IMG/VR virus record: IMGVR_UViG_3300030430_004661
Coordinates: 10,512-74,511 of that record
DNA from: a virus
DNA: 64,000 nt
Direction: 5' to 3' (one strand)
Below the pieces are notes generated by a model. That model did no database searches. It saw nothing but the letters and a program-made list of their open reading frames with translations, and was not told where the DNA came from. Shown here piece after piece: positions 29,101 through 41,700 of this stretch (its first letter is position 1; every line of letters starts with the position of its first letter). Position numbers and translations under genes: made by a program.

Positions 29101-29102
29101 GA
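23136..29102 (+). CDS. Large putative virion protein (1988 aa)
   Basis: Lies between spike and gp25; low-complexity Asp/Phe/Pro N-terminus; no catalytic motif seen. Confidence 0.6.
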   Translation: MSEFKDLQVDICEIDEALAPKDDRPECPDIVIEIPRPEIDLPSFDPDIDFSDITRLDFSFGDLKKLRKLKLLFKKFSQLQVILKSSSGISFIQDVPDPGFETGRRKFYLKKFELLIDKFEILIEDFFDREGIDFDPDIIEKISFEFDKFDPLNPFKVERFTILDRAGKFFDVPKIDFDPVLQDPTLMKYFIDIDSIFDRLTVDTSWIDIMLEITYPRIQIDYGSFDDLDIDFGDLDFSLKFRDLALGSFKFPDIMMYSLEIPKIKSIDFNKTKYSLLRQGLSVLPPDLDFSQLPDINLKQIENIFDEFNIPKLDRGALMELYNRFGPIDKFKAPKVLKPFGDFDFERSQLLDFLTPCKWKEVLEETLKSKLSDKTLEQATRIIIRTALLSASPLVLRKIYGELAQDVTQEIEQEIRSELQIDSFAYPWDVIQEVELERSILDRQKILDQLEESLDEEIDAQVKRLMVEKIIEKSNIDKLSEFFDMIPGADIYKLAVLSDEVPFTPNINAGIEKIVGVGGVGLCDDGRFIKKGLPQLPKMKELSFKFLLDVLIKEFKKLLIKLLINVLLSIVIKFIDKAVSSFPPLPDLPQLPDVPDISDIPPISNFPDLPNLPPSGRLDPSNLMRDLNDVNFGTALSDVFFGPPELGDTAAGKFLEISGVPARSRDRLIKAISNTLTAKELKAAMAASPENQNGAAIAAVYTAIRGTGFEVPGVLSSPEDVQAMFANINSYLTPDQKARILNSITPEDDMPINKSICLTKEERCMWNDQRLDAFKDLGFNDDEANDFLDRLNDKSDQDLADVVDALFNAPDNILGDALDAALDNAVSGKNDIGEPQRLQKADDYDEDNLGDLDDKDICFDVFFELTGQTGNNSITIPTDMKNLFKNMNRDVFRMLNFAFSNDLIGRRNSFFENVLADRRGTKLTAGLFDHETRVRLRYPFPNAADTEEQHAEKFDGAGKILKRVMEKTRIMDKGEEDPAQGDPSNLFPLTVGIHMKNQLHATLSDLGQDNFELRTEMNPKGKAKKADFRLEFRDKVFDEDPPRDFEFGNDILYRDFTYPNQTFTKDGLYELAKIDKLPQGGNFKDVKVQASYGLEKFSDIIEEIDVEESELVQPYIVHLFKNFFAGNLDSLGVSNISIDQAAQQYESMSRNIFSDVINAIFPNDGTFPRKGFVFGYVDDRIKYENLLYVGPNATSNKNTWKYEEDEEDKILGKAAVAHDRVKFLDPAIHGGSYVRPKIYIEPTQHVGWMGFMQTLMPEPDGHEPKSEDFLFVSDISKRISDKQLSPNVDDRLRLDPEYRVEGAFNKVLTPSSSAYLEGIVRMTVRAYCMEFMLRCYPVIQNLKLDFDSNFDDGILSFIAAKMEQGMREQDGFGRIKEDKYWLLFCEQAVQQAYGLVEDEILEPDAELIELLQEGIDTTNGFMIPNDEDRKLLLLVESWDKSSFLNRVARAFFRDGLQVSDRQERRIVHILNALLYYSKGEYYEDYIGNKQDRTFSYRPMITKYMTVKFLRKAVREYDVRNRMALCRKVLKYYIKKELQFYADKFNENMPFPSRIDNLQEELLGDMFISKTPLDVIPREPLANPPLDGLNITEGQYSSLLANGSFYIEKYAILVTNNQTTPDYFKPFDGINRIDELQDVVNSYTGDKNVYVSDVFGTASVLGSGRRRNNNEEEETGKPTPKSQKEKRDERKQKRKERREERAEDRERRREEQANGYAGSIGIRMGLRVMYCPQPEVEPLLESINFDPETGESGGSGLPLFPSGGESGTFVMGNLSNIQNPSEMALSADGPIQQLWGGLSGGYFIVDGVEKYYNSMGDSFPIFSYERDIKDVKLKDLRLDLEDLDCYVDELIKSRKFNFFFGSVLPVRRAASMVAIYCYDGFVQSVGLGDDEREEGEEGSRGRWRQKLLKRTKRNLYHMFVSNLKSMSNRKDKFDDGNRSQKRFRRKRFPRQLQNIDKGVKWWQLRKKVGRPFDKNGNPKIDIVNMLFGD

Positions 29103-29104
29103 AC

Positions 29105-29485
29105 ATGGAAAAAACTGTAACTGTAAAATGGCCGTTTAAGCAAGACGAAAATGGAGGGTTTGATAGCATTCCAGAAAGAGATTTTGTTGATGCTATAAAG
29201 TTTTCTATAAAAAATATATTACTAACAAACCCCGGTGAAAAAATATCAGATCCCCAGTTTGGAATTGGCTTACGACGATATTTGTTCTCCTTAAGTACCG
29301 AAGATCTTTCTTCTTTACAGGGAGAGATCACGTTTCAAATAAGAAAATATTTGCCATACTTGACCAAATTCAACGTGTCATTAGACCTTACGCAAGTTGA
29401 TTACAACAGATTTGCAGTAAGGGTTTCGTTTGAGGTTGGGCCAAAAGAAATCAAAGATTTTCTAGATGTTGTGGTTAGTGTTTAA
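29105..29485 (+). CDS. Baseplate wedge protein, gp25/GPW family
   Basis: IKNILLTNPGEKISDPQFGIGLRRYLF...KYLPY. Confidence 0.9.
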   Translation: MEKTVTVKWPFKQDENGGFDSIPERDFVDAIKFSIKNILLTNPGEKISDPQFGIGLRRYLFSLSTEDLSSLQGEITFQIRKYLPYLTKFNVSLDLTQVDYNRFAVRVSFEVGPKEIKDFLDVVVSV

Positions 29486-29501
29486 CAAAAATTCACAAAA
29501 A

Positions 29502-29509
29502 CTATTTAT
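29502..29509 (+). promoter_or_regulatory. CTATTTAT motif in a hairpin loop, candidate late promoter
   Basis: CACAAAA-actattta-TTTTGTG (29494-29515) upstream of the gp6-like gene. Confidence 0.55.
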
Positions 29510-29530
29510 TTTGTGCTTGAGGAACTTTTA

Positions 29531-31330
29531 ATGCCAAAAAGAAAAAATATAAAGATAAATTACACGAATAGAGATTTTGATTCTATCAAAACAGATCTGG
29601 TTGAATATGCCAAGAGGTATTATCCAGACGTATACCAAGACTTTACAGATGCGTCATTTGGATCAATGGTGTTTGACTTGGTTTCTTATGTTGGCGACAA
29701 CATATCTTTTTACTTAGATTACCAAGTTAATGAGTCATTTTTAGAAACCGCAATAGAACCAGCAAACGTCCGGAAACATTCTAAAAGTCTAGGTTATACT
29801 TACTATGGTAGCCCTGTATCTTTTGGTGTAGCGTCGTTTTACATAATGGTTCCGGCAAACGCTGATGGTTTGGCCCCAGACACAACATATATACCGACTT
29901 TAAAAAAGAACTCGACGTTTAAGTCTTCAAATGGTGTGAGCTTTGTTTTACTTGAAGATGTTGACTTCTCAGATTCCAAAAACGATGTGGTTGAGGCAAA
30001 GTACAATTCTACAACAGGCGGTCCAACTTATTATGCGATTCGAGCACATGGTCAAGTTTCATCTGGAAAGCTTCAAATGGTTGAGGTTGACTTATCTAAT
30101 TCGTCATTTAAAAAGTTTAGAAGAGTTAGAATAGGTAATTCTGATATATCAGAGATAATAAAAGTTGTCGATGATAGCGGAAATGAATATTTTCAAGTTG
30201 ACTATCTTAGTCAAGAAACAGTGTTGATGGATACAACTAATCCAAATGCAAGAGCAGACGGTGTTAGAAGCATCATGAAGCCTTTCGTAACTGCTCGACG
30301 ATTTGTGCTAGAGCAAGATCCAAGCGGAACATACTTACAGTTTGGTTTTGGATCTGAGAGTGATGATGACTCTGGATTAGCAGACCCGTCCCAAGTGGCA
30401 ATAAACCTACACGCAAGAGATTACATCAGCGATAAATCTATCGACCCCAACAAGCTCTTGGGCACTGATAAGCTAGGAGTATCTCCAACCGGTGTTATCC
30501 TAAAGGCAATATACAGAGTCAACGACTCAAGTAACGTAAACGTCGGTGCTAGAAAGCTTGACAAAGTTAACAATGCAACTCTGACGTTTAATGACCCAGA
30601 TGTTTTGAATAGTAATATCAAATCAATTGTTGTCGGCTCCCTAGAGGTAACAAATGAAGATCCAATCGTAGGTCAAGTTGTCGATCAAAATGCTGAGGAA
30701 ATAAAAATATTTGCAAAAAATACATACGCTGCTCAAAACCGAGCAGTGACTAAACAAGACTTTGAGGCCATAGCATACAATATGCCAACCAAATTTGGAC
30801 AAATAAAAAGAGTTAACGTTATTAATGACCCGATGTCAACAAACAGAAAGCTTGCAATGTATGTACTAGGATCAGATAATGATGGTAATCTTGTTAGATC
30901 AAACGACAGAGTGAAACAGAATCTTAAAACTTGGTTGTCTAGATACAAGGGTATAAACGATCACATTGAGATCTTTGATGGAAAGGTGGTAAACTTTGGA
31001 ATTGACTTTGAAATAGCAGTTGACAGAAGGTTTAGCAACGATAACATCCTAAATGAATCAATAAACAACTTAAAGAAGTTCTATAATAACAAGCTCTACA
31101 TGGGCGAGCCAGTATACATAACCGACATTTACAATGTTCTAGCAAAAACTAAGGGCGTAATAGATATTAAAAAAGTTGATGTATTTAATAAATATGGTGG
31201 ATCATATTCCACAATTCCACTAGACTTTGAGAAAATACGATCAAAAGATGGAACTTACTACAAAACACCTAAGAATGTGGTGATGGAGCTAAAATTCCCA
31301 GAAAGAGATATAAAAGGAATCGCTAAATGA
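29531..31330 (+). CDS. Baseplate wedge subunit, T4 gp6 / baseplate J-like
   Basis: YTNRDFDSIK, YVGDNISFYLDYQVNESFL, LQFG.G, AQNRAVTKQDFE. Confidence 0.9.
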   Translation: MPKRKNIKINYTNRDFDSIKTDLVEYAKRYYPDVYQDFTDASFGSMVFDLVSYVGDNISFYLDYQVNESFLETAIEPANVRKHSKSLGYTYYGSPVSFGVASFYIMVPANADGLAPDTTYIPTLKKNSTFKSSNGVSFVLLEDVDFSDSKNDVVEAKYNSTTGGPTYYAIRAHGQVSSGKLQMVEVDLSNSSFKKFRRVRIGNSDISEIIKVVDDSGNEYFQVDYLSQETVLMDTTNPNARADGVRSIMKPFVTARRFVLEQDPSGTYLQFGFGSESDDDSGLADPSQVAINLHARDYISDKSIDPNKLLGTDKLGVSPTGVILKAIYRVNDSSNVNVGARKLDKVNNATLTFNDPDVLNSNIKSIVVGSLEVTNEDPIVGQVVDQNAEEIKIFAKNTYAAQNRAVTKQDFEAIAYNMPTKFGQIKRVNVINDPMSTNRKLAMYVLGSDNDGNLVRSNDRVKQNLKTWLSRYKGINDHIEIFDGKVVNFGIDFEIAVDRRFSNDNILNESINNLKKFYNNKLYMGEPVYITDIYNVLAKTKGVIDIKKVDVFNKYGGSYSTIPLDFEKIRSKDGTYYKTPKNVVMELKFPERDIKGIAK

Positions 31331-32763
31331 CAATAAAAAGATACTTCGCAGAAGCGGACAATACAATTACAAACGCATTTCAAGAAAACTTGACACTGCG
31401 AGGTACTGGCTCAAATATGGGAGCAGCAGATATATTAGAGGTTTTTTCAATATATGGTCAAGCAACTACGTCCTCCGCAGAGCTTTCAAGAGTGTTATTA
31501 CAGTTCAATGTGGATGATATTTCAACAGACAGAACTAATGGAAAAATTCCTGCGTCCGGCAAGGTCAGCTTTTTCTTAAAGATGTATAACGCCGAACATA
31601 CAAGAACCACACCAAGAGATTTTAGGCTAACAGTTTCGGCTGTGTCACAATCTTGGCAAGAGGGTTCCGGTCTAGACATGGAAAACTACACAGATAAGAC
31701 TTTTAGTATCACTGGATCTAACTGGGTCAAAAGATCGGGCTCAGCTGCTTGGGAGTCGGCTGGTGGTGACTATCATGCATCCCCAACTTTCGAAGCCAAA
31801 TTTCAGAACGGTCGTGAAGATATGGAGTTAAATGTTACATCCTTGGTTGAGGAGTGGATAGCAGGAACTAAAAGCAACTATGGCTTTGGTGTAAAACTTA
31901 CAGATGCATCAGAGGCTATGCAAAAGTCTTTTTATACAAAAAAATTCTTTTCTCGAACAAGCGAGTTCTTTTACAAAAGACCGGTTCTAGAGGCTAGGTT
32001 CAATAATGCGATAAAAGACGACAGAGGATATTTTTATGCATCCTCGTCCTTAGCACCCCCAGATGACAATATAAACACAATATACCTATACAACGTAATA
32101 AGAGGCAGACTTAGGAATATTCCTGCCGTTGGCGATGGTGCAGTGTATGTGGATCTTTATGATGCGACTGGGTCATCACATGAGGCTAGAAGCTTGTGTA
32201 TAAATACGCCTGCAACTGGCGGTATACATTCAACAGGGATTTACTCTGCGTCAGTTTGCATAAGTACCACTGCTTCAATTTTGCATGATGTTTGGCACAA
32301 CGGCGCAGGAACACAATACCACACTGGCACAATATACATAAAAACATTTGAAGCGGAAGATTACAATCCAAACACAAAATATGTTTTGTCAATTAGCAAC
32401 ATAAAAGAGTACTATCAAACATCAGAAGTTGCTAGATTTAGACTCTATACAAGACCAAAAAATTGGTCACCTACGATATATACTGTCGCCTCAAGTGTAC
32501 CAGAGACAACAATCATACCATCTGGCGCATTCGAGATTAAAAGAATAACCGACGGTTTAAAAGTTATACCATTTGGAACTGGTTCAGATCTACATACAGG
32601 ATTATCTTATGACGTTAGTGGAAACTATTTTGATCTAGATCTATCGATGCTAGAGGGTGGGTATTCGTATGGCATAAAATTTGCATTTTATGATGATATA
32701 AGATCATCGTGGCAATGTCAACCCTATGAGTTTAAATTTAAAGTGAGAGAAGATGAGTATTAA
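31327..32763 (+). CDS. Structural protein with a DNRLRE-like beta-sandwich domain
   Basis: SRVLLQF, SWQEGSG, W..AGGD, LNVTSLVEEW...NYGFGVK, FFSR, P.LE. Confidence 0.6.
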   Translation: MTIKRYFAEADNTITNAFQENLTLRGTGSNMGAADILEVFSIYGQATTSSAELSRVLLQFNVDDISTDRTNGKIPASGKVSFFLKMYNAEHTRTTPRDFRLTVSAVSQSWQEGSGLDMENYTDKTFSITGSNWVKRSGSAAWESAGGDYHASPTFEAKFQNGREDMELNVTSLVEEWIAGTKSNYGFGVKLTDASEAMQKSFYTKKFFSRTSEFFYKRPVLEARFNNAIKDDRGYFYASSSLAPPDDNINTIYLYNVIRGRLRNIPAVGDGAVYVDLYDATGSSHEARSLCINTPATGGIHSTGIYSASVCISTTASILHDVWHNGAGTQYHTGTIYIKTFEAEDYNPNTKYVLSISNIKEYYQTSEVARFRLYTRPKNWSPTIYTVASSVPETTIIPSGAFEIKRITDGLKVIPFGTGSDLHTGLSYDVSGNYFDLDLSMLEGGYSYGIKFAFYDDIRSSWQCQPYEFKFKVREDEY

Positions 32764-35700
32764 AAGACCAGCAATTTTTAAATCAGCCAATTCGGCTTCT
32801 GTGAAGATAGAGTCACCTAACTTAATAACAAGAAAAATGCAAGAAAGGGAGACGTTCGTACCCCCAATAGATTTTTCAAGCGCCTCTAACTTTGTAAGAT
32901 TTGGATCAGCCAAAGAATATTATGCTGAAAGTATAAAACGAATATACACAAACTACCCATACGATGGATCTGCTAAAGAGAAGCTCGTATTTGAACTATC
33001 ATCTTCATTTCTGGACAGATACGTCCTAAATCAGTTGTATCCAAAATCAAAAGGATCGGCTCGATTTGGCTACGATTCGCACGTTGTAATTAATAGAGGA
33101 TTCCAAGAGGCGACAACAGATTTCACACAATCACTTTCAAACTTATTTAGAAATAAAAATGTTCCACATGATACTTCGAAAAGAAGAAAGCAAACTTTCT
33201 TTTTTAATTTCGATGATGGTTTTACTTTTGAATGGTGGATGCGAAAAGGTGGATGGACTAATGCATCGGAGACACTTTTTGAGGCTTCATCATCTCAAGG
33301 TTTTCTAAAAATTATGTTGTCTGGATCAGATGATGGCACAGGACCAGTAAGATTTTACGCTTCATCTTCTACTGAGATACCATTAACATCTTTGGCATCG
33401 TCCACGATCACCACAGCATCGGTAGGTGATGGGACATTCCACCACTATGCGCTCACTCTTTTCAGATCAGCATCTTCAATAGTAAGTAATTTTTACATTG
33501 ATGGTGTATCAAATAACAGAATCACAAACCACACTGACATAACCAATATAACAGACATGATTACTGGCTTCTTGGGTTCCGGATCATACGGTTTGCTTTC
33601 TGCGTCTGTTGATGACTTTAGGTTTTGGAACAAAAAGCAAAGTTCTGAGAAGATATATTACTATTACAAAACAGGTGTTGACGGTGGCGCTAGTACAGAC
33701 GACTACAGAAAAGAACTGGGTGTGTACTACAAGTTCAACGAGGGTATAACGAACACCGCATCAGTAGATAGAATAGTTCTTGACTATTCCGGTCGAATTG
33801 CTAATGGATATTGGAACAATTATGTCGCCGCTAACAGATCTACTGAATCTGGTGTCCCGAACGAGGTTGGCGATTTCATAGTCAGATCTAACCACCCAGA
33901 GGTGGTCGGTTTAAACACCAGACTTGAAACAAGCGGATCACAATATGACTCAAGTAACTCTATGTCTCTGTACGATTTAGTACCAGCATGGATTAGAGAG
34001 GACGACGAGGCCAGCAACTCTGAATTGAAAAAGCTAGTTCAAATAATAGGGTCTTACTTTGATACGTTATTTTCGCAGATTGAATCAATTGTAGATCTTA
34101 AATCTAAAAGATACTTTCAAACGACAGACAAGCCGCTACCATTCTCCAGACAACTCCTTGAAAACCAAGGAATCGTAGCACCAGAGATTCTCATAAATAA
34201 GACTGTTTTAAACTTCTTCTCCGAACGAGATGAAAACGGAGTTATATACGAAAGAGATCTAGAGGAACTAAAAAACCTAATATACAACAATATATACGCT
34301 AACATTGACTTCATTCTAAAATCAAAAGGAACGTACAAGTCATACAGGAATCTTATAAGGTGTTTTGGTGTAGATGACGAACTTGTTAAGCTAAACTTAT
34401 ACGTTGATAATGCCACACAATACTTGCTGGACAAAAATTCACATACATCTGAAAAAACAAAACACATAAACTTTAACAACCCAGATAGGTTTGGAGCAAG
34501 TGTATACCAGCAAAATACCATTTCTGGCTCAATGGGAGCCCAATTAGAGAAGAATTTGGCCATAACTGCTGAAGTTGAGGTAATGGTACCTAAGAAACCT
34601 GAGCAGACTGATTCTTTCTTTTTTAACACTCCATTTTACACATCTTCTGTATTTGGTCTAGACTCGGTAGATCGAGATGGTGTACAATACAGCTCATCGG
34701 CTTTCTATGATAACTTTCAAGTTTATCTGGTTACAAGCCCACTAGACCCAAATCGTGCCAAGTGGATGCTCAAGCAAATAAGGCACTCTGACTCAACTAC
34801 TGTTTCCCTTCTGACAACAGACATGTACGCAGATATCTATAACAATCAAAGGTGGAACATCGCAGTAAAAGTATACCCACTAGGATATCCGTTTGCTGGA
34901 TCTTTCTCTACGTCTGACGATCCCGACTATACAGTTGAGTTTTACGGTGTTTCACACAATATGGACGAGGTATTGCACGAGTTCAAGCTCACCTCTTCGA
35001 TATCAGGTGAAAATGCAAGATCACTACTATCTTCCAACAAAAAGTTGTATGTTGGTGCGAGACGTAGTAACTGGACAGGATCTGTGCTGCAAAAGAGCGA
35101 CGTAAAGATTGCCGCTGCATCACTGTATTTTGACAAGCTTGATGATGCTTCTATAAAGGCCCATAACAAAGATCCATCCAATTATGGTCACAATAAAGTA
35201 TTTGGAAACCCTACGGTATTTGCCACTGACATAACAGACAGACACATACCAGCACAACACAGCTTGGCACTGCATTGGGACTTTCAAGCAGTAACTTCAT
35301 CCGACTCAGCAGGTACATTCACAGTTGAAGACTATTCTAGTGGATCTTCTGTCGGCAGGTACAACTGGCTTGAGAACATTATCAACGCCAAGCATCAAGG
35401 AGCAGGGGTTGGTTTTCCCGTGTCATCAACAAAAGTAATCTCCAATGAATTTATATTCGCTAGTAAGAAGAACCTACCAGAAATATCTTTTGACTCTGAT
35501 ACCACAAAGATCATGACAGATAAGGATATCTATCTTTTTGAAGATGAGGATATCAATGACAATATTTTTATTTTTGAAAAAAGCATGTATCAAGCAATTT
35601 CTCAAAAGATGTTGGACATGTTTACCAGTATTCATGAGTATTCTAATCTGTTCGCTAAACCCATAGATCGATACAAAAAGGACTACAAAAAGCTAGCCCA

Positions 35701-38700
35701 TATCCGAAGGTTGTTCTTTGAAAGAGTTAGTGGCTCGATGGATCTGGATAGATTTACAAATTACTTCAAGTGGATTGACGCATCGATATACAAGTTCATA
35801 GAACAATTGCACCCCGGAAACGCTAAGTTTCTCGCTGGCATAAACGACACTGTAGAGTCTCACATATTAGAGAGACCAAAATATCAACATCTTCTTCCAA
35901 CCCTGACAAAAAGAGACGAGTTACCAGAGGGTATTGTAAAAGGCACAAATGAGCTTCGCTATAACTGGAGAGTTGGACACGCTCCTTTACTACCGGCTGC
36001 TACAGGAACCGTAACTTTAAATAACGTTGGGATTGGTAATTTTTACAACACTGTGATAAGACTTACTGATACCGCCGGTGTATTGAAAAGATATATTTTA
36101 AAGAACACTGCAACCTCCGACACAGGAACCCTTGAGGATCTTGATCCGGGCTCAGGCACTGTTAGTCATATCGTGGTAGGAATACAAGGTTTGACATATC
36201 AAACAGCCGTCAATCAGTTAATTGCAGCCATTGAGTCACAAAACGGTCATCGAGGCAGCATAATTGCAACGAGTCCTAGTGCCGGTGTGCTAGAGCTAAA
36301 ACAAGAAACTGGAGGAGAATCAGGAAACGTTGACATTGTGGCACAAGTAACCTATGTCGATGGATCTACGACTTGGGCAGCTTACGGTATAGGTACAGTG
36401 TCAGGGTTCTCCGGTGGTGAAGACAAGAATAACACAAATTGCCTATGGCAAAAAGAAAGAAAAGAACTGGGATCTGACAGGCATAAGCTTAGATCCGCAA
36501 TAATAACGCACACAACTGGAACCGTGCCATCATTTGGCGACAACAACAGAGATATCTACGGAGGGTCGTCATATGCCTTGAAAAGATTCTCGAAGCCATA
36601 CAACTTTGAAGGCACTGAGCAGGTTACAATACACGGTGGAACAAACTATGCAAGAGGCAAAGATAGAGATTTTATCAAACCTTTGATATACATTCATGGC
36701 CCCAAATCAAACATCGGTGTTCCCTTAAACGTTGTGGTTCTAGGTGTTGGTGAAGGTAAGGGCATAGTGGGTGTGGACTCCTGTCAAGACGATAGAAACC
36801 ACCCACTTAATAAACCAAAATACGGCACGACTGCTATTGTCGGCAGATTCTCTGATTTAGATGGCAGCTCGCCAATTAGCAGTTCTAACCTCGCAACGGT
36901 CACTACATCAAACTTTGTTTATAACATAAAGGGTGACAAAGTATTTCCATTCAACTTGGTATCGGGATCTGAGAGCACTGGATACAATGAGACTGTTTTT
37001 AACAATTATGAAGACAACGCCATAATTACTAACCTGCATTCAGATACTACCGATGCTACAAACGAGATTCCCATGCAAGGGCCTTTTACAGAGCAGTGGG
37101 TTGGTGGTAGACAATCTAGACATGTCGGACTAAACAGACACAACAGCACATTCTCATCTCTTAATAAAATAGATGGCCCAACCAATCGAGCAGAGGAATG
37201 GCGCTTACTTTTTGGCGAACATCCGGATGAATCTATCAAAGACGGAGCGCTTGGATTTACAGGGCCAGACTATGGCGGACCATACCCAGATGAAACTAGG
37301 CCTTTTGCTATTCACTACCGTGATGGTCGTGCAAAGCGTCCTTTGAATGTTGCTAACATACAATATGGAACTGGATCAAAAAATATAGGAAACTATCAAA
37401 ACTCATATGAGATAGTAAACACTGTTGGTAGAAAAGAGAACAACTCTCTATTCAAGTTCTTGGGAAGCACTACGTCATTCTTGCCGGGTGATATATTGAG
37501 CATCTTGCCACAAACAACAAATCCACTAAATCTTTTAAGGGTTAATTACAACAGTAGGCAAGGTAATGTTTTTGGAACAGGTGAGTCTGGTAGAATCAAC
37601 GCAGTAAGAGACTTTGCTTTAGCAGACAATCTAGCGTTCAAGTCTGGGTCTTTTGCGTCTGGATCTTTTGTCGTTACAGGTGCTGCACAGTTTAGAACGA
37701 ACTACACTGGATCGTTTACAATTCAGCCCATTCCAAAAGCAGGAACCCATTCAACTGTAACTTTTACTGCTACTGGATCGACCATTATTGAAAGACCTTA
37801 CTCAGCTTCGTTTACAATGGGCACAGTGCCAAGAACAGGAAAGTCTGCTTATTTTGACTACAACCTTAGTGGTCACGCTTCTACATGGGATGCAAACACT
37901 GTCGCTCTAGAAAACTTCACAGTATCAGCATCGTCTGACACCGGCTCTGAAATATTTAGAGTATTTCTAGACAAAGACGGAAACAACCCCAACACTGGAG
38001 ATAGAGATCTAGTAGTACCCGGATTTAGAAGAGCAGTTGAGGCAACAGGTCAGCTCATTGCACTGGCTACCGCTGATCCATTTACTGGGCTAAATGACAA
38101 TGATTTTACGGTTTCGTTCTGGTTTAACAATAAGATGGCAGATATCAACTCATCCAATATGATACAGTTTGCCGACAGCGGAAGTATGATTCATGCAATT
38201 TATCCAGATGATGATATTCGAGTAACCATAAGAAGTAGTGCAACTTTTAAAAATGTTGATTTTGATGCCAACACAGCAACTGCAAAGAGTGGATCGTGGC
38301 ACCACTATGTTGTTACCATGCCGATTACTGCTGGCTCTAGTTCTGTACCTTTTATGTACGTTGACGGAGTTTTTCTAACAGCGTCTCAAGGAGCACAGAC
38401 TTTGGGTGGCTCTAGTCGAAACGTTGATAAAATGATTCTAAAAATAGATGATGGTGCTGCTTTTCAAGACATAATTTTGTACAATAGAATACTAACTAGT
38501 GAAGAAGCAGTGTCCGTATATAATGGCGGTTCAAATTTTGATCCATCCACAGCAGCATTTTCCAGCAACGTTGTAAGTTGGTTTAAACTTGGAGAAGAGA
38601 GAGATTGGTATGAATTAGGTTACCAACTAAGTGGAACACTAGATGATATTGGAGGAAACGACGATAGATTCTTCAGTTCAAGCTTTGGAACAGATGCAAA

Positions 38701-41700
38701 CAAACTACTTGTAGGACATGCGGAAGATCAAAACTTTAGGTTTACAAAGGGTGTTGGGTATAGGGATTCGGATGATATTTGTAGGTTCATTACTTCATCT
38801 TTTAACTCAAAGTTCGGAAACTGGACATCTTATTATGTGTCGGGATCTAGACATCTAGTTAATAATGGAAGTTTTCAAATAAATTTTCAATCTAAACAAA
38901 AAAGAAAATATGTTTTTACCGCTGTTGATAACTCGACGAACGCTGGTCTTCTAACAGCCGCAGGAACAAGGGGCTACAACGCTGTCACAGGATCAACATT
39001 AGAGAACAGCAGCTCGATAACGATTGACAATATTCAACACACTCTTTATCACAACTCTGCTTCTGTTGGTGAGTCAACTGCACTCACAACATATACCAGA
39101 AGACCTGCTATATACTTTGAACCCGATACGCAATATTACCTATCCTCGTCAGACTACAGAGGTCCAGACTATAAAAACAACGCTATAACCATGACCGCAT
39201 GGGCCCGAAGACTTCCTAACGATAGCGATCAAAAATTCGTCTTTTCTCTCAAATCCAGTGGGGGATCGGCTATTGCTAATCTTCGGTACAGCAACGACGA
39301 TTTTATTTTGTTCACATTATCAGAGAACAGTGGTTCTGGAAATCTTACAGACACCTCCAATGTAAACAACGTATTTTCTTCCCCAGCCGTTGCTGTGGGT
39401 GACTTTTTTCACTTTGGGCTTGTTTTATATACAGACCATGAGACAACACCACAATTTTATATTAACGGAGAAGAAAAATCAGTAACCAATTGGGAGGCTC
39501 TTGGAGGTGGATTATCTCCAATAAATGAATTACACATTGGAACGTCATTTGACGGAACGTCGCCTTTTGAATCCTCTTTATCTGACCTCTGTATATGGAA
39601 CACTGCGCTTACACAAGATGCTGTTCGTGAAGCGTATAACTCAGGATCGTGGTGCGATCTCAGAAGTCATGTATCTGCATCTAGCATATGGGACTGGTGG
39701 ACATTAGACGGAACTAATTCTGGTAGTTATGTAGCGCCGGGAACAAGCAGATTCAAACCAGAGATCGGTAGAAATATGTTGGACGTCGGAGGTCAAAGTA
39801 CAGGAAATGGACTCTTGGTTCAAGATGGTATATTTGAACTTAGAGAACAGGATAACTTCAGGCAGCATGTTAGGGACGTAATAGAAGCTAGCACTGGATT
39901 TACAACTGGTCAAACAGGATCAACCAACATAACAACTGTGAATATAAACAAAATGTCCAAAACAGTTCCACCAAACATATCGGAGACAGGAAACACCTTT
40001 GCGATAACCAGTCAAATGGCTGCTGGCGCAACTGCAACTCGAAGACTTGCGGGTGCTGTTGATAATGAATTCATACAAATAAACAGTGTTAGATTTCAGG
40101 TTGATTCTGACGGAGCCAACTCAGGCGACTCTTATGCTGAAGTTGGGGGAATATATTATGTCTACTCAAATTACACTACTGCTAGTGTCAATACTGGTTA
40201 CTGGAATAATTTAACTGGTGCAATACAAGCGGGCTTGCCCGGATATACCGCAAGTTATCTTGTCACCGCCGAGTCTGCTAGTTTCTTTGTAAGAAACAAA
40301 GATGCTGGTGCAAATTCTGTCAGTATCTCAGAAAGTGGCACTGGTGATTCAACCTTTAGCAATGGCAGTACTCATGTTGGCCAAGCAGCAGTTGCCTCTG
40401 ATCTAAAAGGCGGAGATAGGCTTACAATAAATGCGGTCAACTTTGACATAGCACACACAACATCAGGCAGCCAAGGTGTTGTTAATTCAACCGAGATCAA
40501 TACCGCCACGTCATTTCGTAAGGCTTTATTCTGGCAACCAACAACCAACGGTGGTGTTTGGGCTAACAATCAAGCTTACACAAATCCAGATGGATCAAAG
40601 CTTACAATTTCATTTTGGGCAAACTTTGGTAATGTTGATGGAAATAGCAAATTTGTTTTGAATTTTTTAAACGCCGCTGCTGAGGCTACAATTACCATAA
40701 ACACAACAACTACGAGATTGGCTATAGTTGTCAGCGACAACAGCAATGAAAACTCATTTGCTTGGAATACTGCGCTCGCTGCTAATATATGGAAACATTA
40801 TACAATAGTTATTGATAAGAACTTATCAAATAATTTAGTCCTATATATAGATGGGGTCCTCACAGCACCGGACTTGGCAGAGCAAAATACCACAGGAACT
40901 TTGAGAAATATAGAGCAAGTATTTATTGGTGATAAAAGCGGCACTAGCGCACTTTTTGAAATGCAAGGAGCCTTGCAAGATTTTGTAATATGGAACACGG
41001 ATCTAACAAATGAAGACGCCAGAGTTTTATATAACTCAGGATCTTGGTTTGACATCCATCAACATGCTAGTGCCTCGTTAATATGGGACTGGTGGTTGTT
41101 CGGGCAAGAATCAAATATTGGACAAACGTCCGGATCAGCGCTAAGCAGTGGTACTGCTGTTACCTCTATATCACCAACTGTGGGAAGGCACCCTCTAGCA
41201 TTTAACTCAAACGCAGATGTTTTCGTGACTGACGGTATATCGTATGTTCTTAAAGACAACAATACTTTCTGGAGCGACATAGCACAAACAATAAGCCTAA
41301 GCTCATCATATAGCAATGTTAGTTCATCATTCTCAAGCACAGCAACACTTACAGTTATTACATCTTCACACTCCGGCACTCTTGATCTAAATAATTCTAT
41401 ATCAGAGACTGGAACAACTTTCGGTGTTACAAATGCTGGTACAGGAAACGGAGCAAACATTGCCGAAGGTCGTGTTCTTGGGGCATTTGATGCTAAGTCC
41501 ATAACCATTGGGTCAATAACATTCACCACAGATGAAGACGCTAGCACCTCTGGGGAAAACTTTACAAAGGTAGGATCAACTTATCATATCAATACAAGTG
41601 GTTCTAACAACGCCATGTTCTGGAACAGAATTAGTGGCGCAATAAAAGCAGAGTTTGGTGACTATAACACAACGTACACAGACTTGGCCAACGGCACTGC

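Noticed and set aside
39635-41095. LamG repeat pair as a DGR template/variable region
   Set aside because: Mismatches are not adenine-specific, both copies are in frame in one gene, and no reverse transcriptase is present
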